DNA of 64,000 nucleotides from an uncultured Alphaproteobacteria bacterium (GTDB lineage Bacteria > Pseudomonadota > Alphaproteobacteria > Caulobacterales > Parvularculaceae): positions 1 through 64,000 of the forward strand of contig CADEDN010000004.1 in the NCBI GenBank assembly GCA_902826095.1, read 5' to 3'. Positions 51,611 through 60,767 of the stretch are shown piece after piece. Positions within the stretch are counted from its first letter, which is position 1. Each line of letters begins with the position of its first letter. A program made the position numbers and the translations under genes. The notes under the pieces were generated by a model, which saw only the letters and a program-made list of their open reading frames with translations, had not been told where the DNA came from and made no database searches.

Positions 51611-53794
51611 CTATTCTTCGGCAAGCTGCACTCGATCAAACTCAGCGACCCTGACTATGTCCTGAAGTTTCCGTTTCATTTCGTCCGTCAATAGGCGGGC
51701 AGCACCACAAGAGTTCTCACCCAGCATCCTGCGTGCAAATTCTTCGCGTGCGATAAATGGCGATGGCTGATCTGGATGACCTTCATCATCCATCATCGGC
51801 GTAAGCGCCTCTAATAAGATCTTCTCAACGATATCGGAATCGGACTCCATGCAGGCAGAGCGCGCGACGACCGTCAATCGCTGAGGCAGGATGCCGCCCG
51901 CAACATCCTCAAATTCAATTGCAGGAGACCACTCTGCCGTGTATCCCAAGTCAAAATCTTCATTACTCAGGCAACCTTCGAGCGATTTTGGATCGGTCGC
52001 GGCTCTTAACCGAGCGCCCCGCTCAGTTGAGATGAAACCATCTTTGACTACTTGTGCGAATTTGCCCAATGTGTTTTCGATTTCCGACACTTCGAGTGGT
52101 GCGCAGCCGAATTTTGCGCGGAAAAGCATTGCGGAATCTGTGGTCTTTGGGTGTCCCTCTGCCCGTCGAAGATCCACTCCATTGAGATCCGCCGCGGCCA
52201 GATCAGCATCCAATAGACTGACTCCGATTAGACTTGCATTGGCCAACTTTGTTCCTTGGAGAATGGCGTCCTTTAGATCGGCGCCAACCAACACAGTGTT
52301 GGTGAGCGACGCCCAGCTCAGGTCTGTGCCGTGAAGATTTGCCCCCAGCATGCTCGCGCCGTCCAACAAGGCGTGCTTCAACTTTGCGCGGGTCAGTTCT
52401 GCGCCCGACAAATCGGCACGACTGAGGATGCTCATTTGCACCTCGGCATCCATCAAGCTCGCTGACCTCAATTCGGCATCTACGAGAATTGCGCCATGGA
52501 GGTCTGCCCGATCGAGTATGGCTTTATTCAATATTGCGCCTTTCATGTCAGCTTGTTGAAGTCTTGCCGATGTCAAGTTGGCAGCGCTGAGAGATACGCT
52601 CTCCATTAATGCACCCTCCAAATCAGCACCAATCAAGTCTGCTCCTTGAAGAAATGCGCCGGTCAAGTCAATTCCACGAAGAGATGCGTTCCGAAGAAAC
52701 GCACCTTCCAGGCGGCGCTTGCGCAACGATAATCTTGATAGTTTCGGAGCACCATCGCCCTGCGCCGCATGCTCGGCAAAATCATAATAGGGCAACATTA
52801 TTGAGTCACTGAACGGGCTTGCAGGCCGCCGCGAGATGTCATCGAAAGATTGATCGAATAATTTCTCTCGCACTCGAGCAACAAATGGCAGTTCGCGAAC
52901 GCGCGCAAAAATAGTTTCCTCGTCAAAGGCGACCAAGATCCATGACGTTGCGAGCAGGAGCGCGCTAAGCAACGCAATCAAGATGTACTTTGTGATAGAT
53001 TTCAGTGTACGTCGGGCGGGAGCCATAATTGAGCGGCGCTCCGGTCTTACCCAAATTATAGAGAGAAGAAGCACGTCGAATGCGATGAGGGCGCGAATCC
53101 ACCAGAGAGTTGCCTCCCCGTGATAAGGAAGGAATTGCACTTGCGTCAGCAGCAATCCGAACATGGGTAAGATCGCCAATGTCACGAATCCTATCAGTCG
53201 GAGCACGTAGGCGAAAAACCCCGTCCGATTCCAAGTCGGTCCTGCGAGCATTTGCGCAAATACAAAGTTTGAAATTTGGAGACGCGTCTCGTTTTGACGA
53301 TCAACCGAAATCTCGTGATCCGCCAAGAAGCGATTCAGCTGGGCCGCATTGTCAGCCAGCAACCAGATGTGCAGCAGGGAGTAGCTATGCAGCAAAAACA
53401 GGAGCAGTGGCGCAACCCAGAAATAGGGCACCAGCGGCAATTCGGCGTCAATAATCGGCAATCTGAATGGTGTTTCGAGTAGCAGTTGTGTGTGCGTCAC
53501 TGTCCCCATTGAGATTAGATAGTAAGTCGCAAATGAAATGAACGACAACCAAATGCCCTGTGTCTTTGCTGCCGCATCATTCAGTGCTGCCATTGCGTCT
53601 TGCAGGCGCCTAGTTTGCGTCCCAGTTAGATTGGGACCAAACACTAAACTGGCTGCGGTGCCTCCAGAGTCAGCGCCACCATGATTTTGCTCTACAGAGG
53701 GAGCCGTGACGCTCGGCCCGCCAGAGGCGCTTTTTGCCGCGCATTGAAGCGCATTTCGTCGAAGCGCCATTGCGATATCGAACTGAGTGACCAC
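51611..53794 (-). CDS. membrane-anchored pentapeptide-repeat protein (N-terminal ~300-aa polytopic domain, ~230-aa pentapeptide-repeat solenoid, ~180-aa C-terminal domain)
   Basis: tandem A(D/N)LxxAxL pentapeptides (LRGIDLTGAFLQGADLIGADLEGALMESVSLSAANLTSARLQQADMKGAIL...); ~50% GC versus ~67% flanks. Confidence 0.75.
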   Translation of the reverse strand: MVTQFDIAMALRRNALQCAAKSASGGPSVTAPSVEQNHGGADSGGTAASLVFGPNLTGTQTRRLQDAMAALNDAAAKTQGIWLSFISFATYYLISMGTVTHTQLLLETPFRLPIIDAELPLVPYFWVAPLLLFLLHSYSLLHIWLLADNAAQLNRFLADHEISVDRQNETRLQISNFVFAQMLAGPTWNRTGFFAYVLRLIGFVTLAILPMFGLLLTQVQFLPYHGEATLWWIRALIAFDVLLLSIIWVRPERRSIMAPARRTLKSITKYILIALLSALLLATSWILVAFDEETIFARVRELPFVARVREKLFDQSFDDISRRPASPFSDSIMLPYYDFAEHAAQGDGAPKLSRLSLRKRRLEGAFLRNASLRGIDLTGAFLQGADLIGADLEGALMESVSLSAANLTSARLQQADMKGAILNKAILDRADLHGAILVDAELRSASLMDAEVQMSILSRADLSGAELTRAKLKHALLDGASMLGANLHGTDLSWASLTNTVLVGADLKDAILQGTKLANASLIGVSLLDADLAAADLNGVDLRRAEGHPKTTDSAMLFRAKFGCAPLEVSEIENTLGKFAQVVKDGFISTERGARLRAATDPKSLEGCLSNEDFDLGYTAEWSPAIEFEDVAGGILPQRLTVVARSACMESDSDIVEKILLEALTPMMDDEGHPDQPSPFIAREEFARRMLGENSCGAARLLTDEMKRKLQDIVRVAEFDRVQLAEE

Positions 53795-53963
53795 TCAGAC
53801 ATTACCGCACAGACCGCATTTACATGCAATTTAGCGCAGTCAGATTTTCCGGTACCAGATTCGAAGGAAGCCACACGTCATTGGCGAATAATCGCCTTAC
53901 CCTTCGGCAGGTTGCTGCGTAAGTGCTTTGGAGCTCGGCTTTCGCCAGGGTGCGCTGCGGGAT

Positions 53964-54215
53964 GAAAACTACGCCTCGCCCGGCTTTTTCGTCGCGGCGG
54001 CGAGGCAGGAGCAGCCGCCGAGGGAGAGGACGCCTCTTGCGTCGAGATATTCCTCGATCGCTTCGGCGATGAGATCGTCGGCGCTCATGTCGGCTTCGGC
54101 GGCGCCGAGCGCGAGGCGCATGAATTCGCGCGCCGACAAATGCACGGTGACGCCGGCCTTGACCTCTTTTGTCTGCGGCGCCGGCGCGGGCGCGGCCGCC
54201 GGCGGCGCCGGCGCG
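53964..54215. repeat. ~250-bp direct repeat (copy R), within 3' end of intact RHH/ParG-like gene
   Basis: matches 51106-51357. Confidence 0.85.
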
Positions 54216-54883
54216 TCGTCATCAAGCGCGTCCGGCGGATCGTCATCATCCTCTAAACTGTCGAGAACGTCGTCCTCTTCCCGCCGGTCGCCGTAGAAGG
54301 CGCTTTTTTCCTGCGCGATCGTCTCGGTGTCGCCGAATTTCTCGAAATAGGAGAGAACTTCGTCGGCTTCGGCTTCGAGCGCGGCGATTTCCTCCGGCGA
54401 CGGATTATCGGGATAGCCGGCGTCGAGGCTGCGCTCGTTGATGACGGTCATCGGCCGCGGCGGCGCCGTAGCGGCGGCGGGGGCGGCTTTCGCCGCGGGC
54501 GCGGGCGCGGCTTTGGCCGCCGGCTGCGCCTTGACGTCGGGAACGCTCGGCGATTTCGAGGCGGCGGGCGCGCTGGCGGGCGGAACAGCAGGCGCCGGCG
54601 CCTTCGCTTTTGGATCGCGCGCCGGCTCTTTCGCGGACTCTTTCGCCGGCTCCTTCGCCGGGGGCCTCGCCGCGGTTTTCAGATCGAGCGGCGGCGCTTT
54701 TGATTTGGGCTTGCCTTTGGGCTCAAGATTGAAGGCGTCGGTCTCTTCGGCCGGATCGACGATCGGCGCGTTCGACGGCGCGGCCTGTCCCTTGCGGGCG
54801 AGCAGGCCCGATGTCAGGGCGGCGAAGCGGGCTTCAAGCTTCCCCTCGCCTTCGCGCGCGCCGTTCTTTTTCATGCCGAGCAT
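53969..54883 (-). CDS. ribbon-helix-helix (ParG/CopG-like) DNA-binding protein with long Pro/Ala/Lys-rich N-terminal region; partner of ParA-like ATPase
   Basis: C-terminal VTVHLSAREFMRLALGAAEADMSADDLIAEAIEEYL RHH motif; immediately downstream of parA-like gene. Confidence 0.55.
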   Translation of the reverse strand: MLGMKKNGAREGEGKLEARFAALTSGLLARKGQAAPSNAPIVDPAEETDAFNLEPKGKPKSKAPPLDLKTAARPPAKEPAKESAKEPARDPKAKAPAPAVPPASAPAASKSPSVPDVKAQPAAKAAPAPAAKAAPAAATAPPRPMTVINERSLDAGYPDNPSPEEIAALEAEADEVLSYFEKFGDTETIAQEKSAFYGDRREEDDVLDSLEDDDDPPDALDDDAPAPPAAAPAPAPQTKEVKAGVTVHLSAREFMRLALGAAEADMSADDLIAEAIEEYLDARGVLSLGGCSCLAAATKKPGEA

Positions 54884-54916
54884 CCCGCGTTCGGGACTTT
54901 CCCTGTTCGCCCGCCG

Positions 54917-55636
54917 CTATTGGGCGGCTCTGCGGCCGAAAACGCGGTTTTGCGCCGCGACCGCGGCGGCCGCCTGCTCTTCGGGCGACCTTATGCCGCC
55001 CTCCGCGCGTTTGAGGCGCCGGTCGAGATATTGCCAGAGCTCGGAAATTTCCTGCGCGGATTTGCAATAGGGATCGATCTCCATCACCGTCCGTCCGTCA
55101 ATCATCGAGGCGGCGTAGTCGACGCGGTGATGGATGACGGTCGGCGAGACGGTCCCGTGCTGGGAGAGCGCGATCGCCGCTTCCGAGGTGATGCGCGCCT
55201 TGGGCGTCGCGCCGTTGACGACAAAGACGAGCTGTTTGCCGCGCGCCTGCGCGATGTCGACGGTCGGTCCGACGGCGCGAAGATCATGCGGCGAGGGCCG
55301 CGTCGGCGCGACCACGAGATCGGCGAAATTGACGACCTCCGAGATCGCCCGCGTCACCGCCGGCGGCGTGTCGATGACGACCAGGCGAAAGCCTTCGTCG
55401 CGCGCGCGATCAAGGTCCTGAAAGAGATTTGAAAACACCGACTGGATGAAGGCGGGGTTTGGATCCTCGCGGACGTTCCACCATTTCGCCAGCGATCCTT
55501 GCGGATCGGTGTCTATGAGCGCGACGGGGCCCGCCCCGGCTCGCCCTGCTTCGACGGCAATGTGGCCCGAGAGCGTTGTTTTGCCCGAGCCCCCCTTTTG
55601 CGACGCGAAGACTATTACGCGCATCGACGCCAGCAT
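54917..55636 (-). CDS. ParA/MinD-family P-loop ATPase
   Basis: deviant Walker A VFASQKGGSGKTT; start likely at MLASMRVIVF (ORF opens at 55693). Confidence 0.85.
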   Translation of the reverse strand: MLASMRVIVFASQKGGSGKTTLSGHIAVEAGRAGAGPVALIDTDPQGSLAKWWNVREDPNPAFIQSVFSNLFQDLDRARDEGFRLVVIDTPPAVTRAISEVVNFADLVVAPTRPSPHDLRAVGPTVDIAQARGKQLVFVVNGATPKARITSEAAIALSQHGTVSPTVIHHRVDYAASMIDGRTVMEIDPYCKSAQEISELWQYLDRRLKRAEGGIRSPEEQAAAAVAAQNRVFGRRAAQ

Positions 55637-56253
55637 GCGTCCTCCCGGAATCTTTTCCCTGGGCGTGTCGCCCCGGCCGCCATCTTCGCGCATGAGGCGT
55701 TAAAGCCGCGCGCAGAACGCGCTTCGAATTGTCTGAAAACCTTAACCATAAAGTGAGGGTTGGCGGACGGCGCGAAGACCGCGCGAAAAAAAAGAGCGCC
55801 GGAAGCAGCCTAGATACGCAAGGCCGCGACCGACGCGACGCGAGCTATGACAGAGATGTTTTAAATCGCGCTTAATTGCAGGCGCGTCATCAAGCGCCGC
55901 GCGCGGGCGGATGGATGTGACGGCGAATGCGGATTTTGCGGCCGGCCGCAGGGACGGCGATGTCTCATTTTGAATGGACGCGATCCGCCGATTGGTCGCG
56001 GCCCTGAAGGGCCGCTCGGGGGCGACGCTGACGATCGTTGTCGAAGAGTAGACGGGTTGGGATTTGGCCCGAAGCCGACGCAGACGACGCGCGCGGCGAA
56101 CGGCTGGTTGATCCGCAAGGCGGACTCTTACGCACACGATCGCGCGACTTAGCAGACATCAGATAAGGAGGCGCCGGGAGAAGAATCCCGCGTCACGATC
56201 CCGCCGGCCCACTCCGGTTAGGACGAAAAAGAAATTCGTACAGCAATCGCACC

Positions 56254-56898
56254 CTATGCGGCGTACTGCTTTTGGTAGACCTTATTCTCGAGCAGCGATC
56301 GAAAGTGCTGCATCAGCCCAAGGATTTCGGCGATTAAATCGTCTACGCCCGTTTCTTGGATGAATTCGTTCTGGCCGTGCGCAATGGCATTCCTACGCTT
56401 AAGAATGAATTGGTCGAGGAACACGCGCTTGGTTTCAAAATGCAAAGAATCGACTGAGCAGATAAGGCAGATTTCCCTGATGATGTCCGTATTGAGGTTA
56501 GACTTTGTGTCGATCAGTGATGGGTTTACGTATTTGAACGTGCCGGTCATTCCATCGAGAATGTCGTTGACTAGTTTGCATCGCGCTTCCAGGTTCGCAC
56601 GACTCTGATGTAGCGCATCGATCCTGGCGAGGAACGTGTTCACGTAAATTTGCCGCTCAAGGTTCGCGTAGGTTCGGCGCCGGATTGTGAGGTATTCGAA
56701 ATATCGGTTCGCGCAGTTGCGAACATAGCCCTCCCAATGCGCATAGCTCATCGTCACTATGGCGCGGAGCAAAACAGGCTTCGCAGCGGCGTCTGCCGCC
56801 TTCACCGCGGCCTTCAAATCGGAAAGCTCTTTGCGGCGCCAGATAAGGTCCTGGTCAAAAAGGTCCGAGAGGTCTTGGTCTGTATAGGGTTTGCTCAC
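56254..56898 (-). CDS. HEPN-like predicted nuclease (MAE_28990/MAE_18760-type), downstream partner of DUF262 gene
   Basis: all-helical 214-aa protein with C-terminal RRNAIAHG (Rx4H HEPN motif); 4-bp overlap with upstream gene; low-GC islet. Confidence 0.65.
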   Translation of the reverse strand: MSKPYTDQDLSDLFDQDLIWRRKELSDLKAAVKAADAAAKPVLLRAIVTMSYAHWEGYVRNCANRYFEYLTIRRRTYANLERQIYVNTFLARIDALHQSRANLEARCKLVNDILDGMTGTFKYVNPSLIDTKSNLNTDIIREICLICSVDSLHFETKRVFLDQFILKRRNAIAHGQNEFIQETGVDDLIAEILGLMQHFRSLLENKVYQKQYAA

Positions 56899-58007
56899 TG
56901 CGCGAACCAGTTAGTGCCGAACGGAATCGTCCGTTGGATGCGGACGGTCCCACGAAGACCGGCTACAAAGAAGGTATCGATATCGGGCGACTGCCAGAAC
57001 TGGGCGATGCGGTGTTGGACGTATTGCGTCGGATCGGGCTTGGCCTGGATGGCAGGAAGATTCCGCGCGATGCCGATCGCGATGCATTCATAGGCCGCGA
57101 GGAGCACACGTCCAGTTGGCTGCCCATTGTTGAAGCGACGAAGCGCGTTTTCGCCGTACGCCGCGTGGAGGAGGTCAAAAGTGCCGTTAAAAGTCTCGGC
57201 GACCTGCTGAGTCACACCAGCCGATGCTAGCTCGACGATACTCTTGTCGATGAACTCCTCTACGTCCAGCTTGTTGTCGTAATCTATGTATTTGTGGACG
57301 AGGTAACGCGACACGTATTCCATGTCGCGCTGCTTTTCGAGCTGGTCCTCGCTCGCCGAAAGAACGAAACGGTAGGATTGCCTCTGCGAGAGCACGCGCA
57401 TCATCTGGTGGTACGCGGGGTTCACCATGATAACGATGACATTTCGAAGCTCTTGTGCGTTGGCCAAAGTACCGCCTGCATTTAGGCGCTGGAACAAGTC
57501 GTACTTGGTTTCATTTGAACTTGGCCGCTTCAGAATTTCGACGCTTATCCTGCTCCGCCGGATGGCGAGCTGAAATGGTCCTGTGAACGGCTGTTGTTCA
57601 TCCAATGGGACACCCGGAATATCGTTCGATGCCTCCCATACCGCCTTGTCTAGTGACGGCAGATACTTAGTGGCAACGAGCGCGGTCGGCGGCTCGAGCT
57701 GGTTGGATTCCGAATTACGCAAGACACCAACGAATTCGAGGAGAGTTGAGACACGCTGAAGCCCGTCTATGAGCTCCCATCTCGAGTTCTCCTTCTCGAA
57801 AACGAAGATGGGCGGAACCGGAATACCCAGAAGGATGGATTCAATGAGCTTCGACTTCTGCCCAATCTCCCAGCGGAAGAGCCGCTGGAAATCAGGATTG
57901 ATGATGAGTTCGTTATCCTTGTACATGTTGATCAGCTCACCGACGGACATCTGATATGCGTCGGTCTTCACAAGCCGCGTGGCGATCTCAATCTCATTCT
58001 CCAGCAT
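56895..58007 (-). CDS. DUF262 domain protein (ParB/sulfiredoxin-fold, GmrS-like N-terminal NTPase/nuclease domain)
   Basis: INPDFQRLFRWE and ELIDGLQRVSTL (DGQQR-type) signature motifs; 370 aa; ~50% GC. Confidence 0.8.
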   Translation of the reverse strand: MLENEIEIATRLVKTDAYQMSVGELINMYKDNELIINPDFQRLFRWEIGQKSKLIESILLGIPVPPIFVFEKENSRWELIDGLQRVSTLLEFVGVLRNSESNQLEPPTALVATKYLPSLDKAVWEASNDIPGVPLDEQQPFTGPFQLAIRRSRISVEILKRPSSNETKYDLFQRLNAGGTLANAQELRNVIVIMVNPAYHQMMRVLSQRQSYRFVLSASEDQLEKQRDMEYVSRYLVHKYIDYDNKLDVEEFIDKSIVELASAGVTQQVAETFNGTFDLLHAAYGENALRRFNNGQPTGRVLLAAYECIAIGIARNLPAIQAKPDPTQYVQHRIAQFWQSPDIDTFFVAGLRGTVRIQRTIPFGTNWFAQ

Positions 58008-58335
58008 GTGAGAGCTCCGAATTTGCAGGGGCAGATTAGCCGGGTGCAGCGGATAGCGCGACCGCGAAAGTAACGTGTCAAATCTGTATTAGGTCGTGCC
58101 CTCGCTGGATCCGTCCAAACTTATTCCGTCTTGCTTCCGATCACACGAGGGTAGCATAGTCCGCTTCTGCCCCCAATCCGGTCATTCCCGCGATCAGGTT
58201 CGCGCGTCCGCGCTCGGCGATTTGCAGCAAGGGCGTCGCCGCATGGCGCGCGGCAGGAGGTTCCGGATAATCGCTTTCGGCGATTTCCGGGATGACAGGT
58301 GATGAGCCTTCATCAGCGCAAATCGGGACGAGCCC

Positions 58336-59517
58336 TTACGCGACGTCGTCCTCGTCGAATCCTAGGAGGCGGGTGATGCGCGCTATTCGCGGATTGCCGT
58401 CCCAGTCCCAATAGCGAAGGACGGCTCTCGCGTAATCGCGCGCCATTGAATCGAAGACGCCGAGGATTTTCTCCGCGCGTTCCGGCGAGAGCGGATTTTC
58501 CGCGTCCTTGCGCGAGACGATCTGGAAGAATTCGGCGCGCGGCAGGCCGAGGCTCTTGGCCATAACGGCGAAGGGCTCGACGCCCGGATCGCGCAGGATG
58601 CGCGCGACAAGTTCGCGGCTGACGCCGGCGATCATGGCGCAGGCGTGGATGATCTCTTGCGCCGGATATTTGCGCGCCGCGGCCAGCGTCTTGATGACGA
58701 CGTCCATCGTGACCGGCTCGCCGTTGACGCCGCGCGGGCGGTGGCGGCGGTCGAGCATGATGAGGATTTCCTTGACGAGCGGATCGGCGCCCTCGCCGCG
58801 GAAGACGCGCGCGTAAAGCTCCTGCACGCTGTCTTGCACGATCGTGCGGTCGAGCGCGAAGCGCGCGAGGATGCGCTTGCGGCTTTCAACGTCGACCCAC
58901 CAGAACATCATGAAGCCATGCGCGGGCTCAAGCTCGCGCCGGCGCAGCAACAGCGCCTGCGTCTCCGTATCGGCGGTCGAACGGCTGACGAGCAGATCGA
59001 TGGCGGACGGCGAGAACTGGAACTCCTCGCGGCGGAGCAGCAGCTTCGTCACTTCCGGTTCGTTGAATTCAAGAACGACGTCGGCGAGCGAGGCCGTGAG
59101 GTCGAGGCGGCGGGCGATCATCTCGCGATGCGCGGTCGTGCCGGTGCGCGCGCACTCGATCAGCAGCGCTTCGGGGAGCGGCTCGACGCGGCGGATCACC
59201 GGCTCGGCGACGCGCGGCTCGTCAAGCAGCAGCATGCGCAGCAGCGAGTTCGGGGCCTCGGCGACGCGCGCGATGCGGCGCGACACCTCAAGGCGAAGGT
59301 CTTCCTCGACCTTGTCGAGCGCCTGCAGCATGATGTCGGCGACCAGCGAGCGCTGGTTGGCGGTGAGACGCGCCGGCGGCAGGACGACGATGTCGGAGAG
59401 TTTCCGGACCAGCACCTCGCGCGGGGTGTGGCCGCGCGTCGAGGGCGGCGTCAGGCCGACATCGCTTTGCGGCGCGACATCCTCTTCTTCCATTGCCGGA
59501 TCTTGCGTCGACATCAA
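58336..59517 (-). CDS. DUF2336-like hypothetical protein
   Basis: 393 aa helical repeat protein common in alphaproteobacteria. Confidence 0.5.
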   Translation of the reverse strand: MMSTQDPAMEEEDVAPQSDVGLTPPSTRGHTPREVLVRKLSDIVVLPPARLTANQRSLVADIMLQALDKVEEDLRLEVSRRIARVAEAPNSLLRMLLLDEPRVAEPVIRRVEPLPEALLIECARTGTTAHREMIARRLDLTASLADVVLEFNEPEVTKLLLRREEFQFSPSAIDLLVSRSTADTETQALLLRRRELEPAHGFMMFWWVDVESRKRILARFALDRTIVQDSVQELYARVFRGEGADPLVKEILIMLDRRHRPRGVNGEPVTMDVVIKTLAAARKYPAQEIIHACAMIAGVSRELVARILRDPGVEPFAVMAKSLGLPRAEFFQIVSRKDAENPLSPERAEKILGVFDSMARDYARAVLRYWDWDGNPRIARITRLLGFDEDDVA

Positions 59518-59584
59518 TGCCCTGCGGTTTCGCCGTTTTGACAGGCGCTTTTAGGCCCGGCAGGGTTAAGGTCGGTTAAAGACA

Positions 59585-59687
59585 GGGACTGGGGACTGGG
59601 GACTGGGACTGGCGGCCGAAGCTGTGCGCGATTGGCAAGTCCGGTCCGGTAGCCTACTAATCCCCAGTCCCTAGTCCCCAGTCCCCA
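59585..59687. repeat. inverted heptad-repeat hairpin (GGGGACT x4 ... AGTCCCC x4) enclosing 45-bp loop
   Basis: GGGACTGGGGACTGGGGACTGGGACTGG...AATCCCCAGTCCCTAGTCCCCAGTCCCCAA. Confidence 0.65.
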
Positions 59688-59699
59688 ACCTTCCAGGCG

Positions 59700-59993
59700 T
59701 TGATCGTGTTGAAACAGTTCCTTTGCGCCGCTGGCGCGCTTGTCCTTTCCGCCTGCGCCGGCGATCCCGGCCTCAACGAGGAGCCGGGTTTCCTCGCCGG
59801 TTACGGCGACGGCTGCGCGACCGCGCATGAGCTTGAAAAGAGTTTTTCAACCAAGCGCGTCAAGGATGATTACCAGTTCGATAATGACAAGGCCTACCGC
59901 TCCGGCTGGCGCCAGGGCTACCAGGAATGTCAGACGCCCTATCGCAAGACAGACGACGGCGGCCGCATCCTCGGCGACGAGGAAGGGTTTTAG
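59700..59993 (+). CDS. small lipoprotein
   Basis: MIVLKQFLCAAGALVLSACAG lipobox. Confidence 0.5.
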   Translation: MIVLKQFLCAAGALVLSACAGDPGLNEEPGFLAGYGDGCATAHELEKSFSTKRVKDDYQFDNDKAYRSGWRQGYQECQTPYRKTDDGGRILGDEEGF

Positions 59994-60267
59994 AGACCGT
60001 TTGGAAACTCTACCGCCTTGGGGTGCAAATGATGGAATTTCGCCGGTCCGATTCACGCGCCCAGAAGGCCGACCTTTCGCATAGCGCTGTCTCCTTGGCG
60101 CTGAGACAATCGCAATCTCATTGAACGGGGCCGTTAAGCCGCCCATGTAGGCGCAATACTTCTGTGACGGCGCATCGCGGCGGCGATCAAAAGCGCAAAC
60201 GCCGATGATCAGTGCGCGGCGTTTTCAGAACTGGCCGAGTTGATCCGGAGAGCGAAGCGGTGACATC

Positions 60268-60669
60268 ATGCAGGCGGCGCTTTGGGGAGCGGTTGTGGGC
60301 CTTGCCGGCGCGATCGCCGCAAGGGTTGTCGGCCTTGATCGGGATCGCTCCTTTTATCCGACGGTTCTGATCTTCATCGCGTTCTATTATGTCCTCTTCG
60401 CGGCGATGGCGGGAAACGCAAGCGCGATCGGCGTCGAAACCATGATCGCCCTGTTGTTTTTCGCGGTCGCCGCCGTCGGGCGACGCTTTGGATCCTTCAT
60501 CGTCGCCGGCGGATTGCTGGCGCACGGCGCATTCGATCTCGTCCGCCCTGACGCCCTTCACGCGGCCGGCGCGCCTTCCTGGTGGCCGGCCTTTTGCGCC
60601 GCCGCCGATGTGGCGCTGGCGTTCGCCGCGGCGCAATCCGCATCGCGGCCGGCCGACCGGGTCGGGTAG
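60268..60669 (+). CDS. hypothetical membrane protein (4 TM)
   Basis: 133-aa hydrophobic ORF. Confidence 0.4.
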   Translation: MQAALWGAVVGLAGAIAARVVGLDRDRSFYPTVLIFIAFYYVLFAAMAGNASAIGVETMIALLFFAVAAVGRRFGSFIVAGGLLAHGAFDLVRPDALHAAGAPSWWPAFCAAADVALAFAAAQSASRPADRVG

Positions 60670-60767
60670 CCGCCGCATTCTCCGCAAAGGCAAGGTTAAT
60701 CTCCGCAACTTATGCGAGGATTAATGCGGCTTGCTCCGCGCGCGCCGAACGGCCGCGCGGGCGCTTA

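Noticed and set aside
51400-53960. Integrase or transposase within the low-GC insertion
   Set aside because: Looked on both strands. The only substantial ORF is the pentapeptide-repeat protein, and no recombinase-like motifs were seen.
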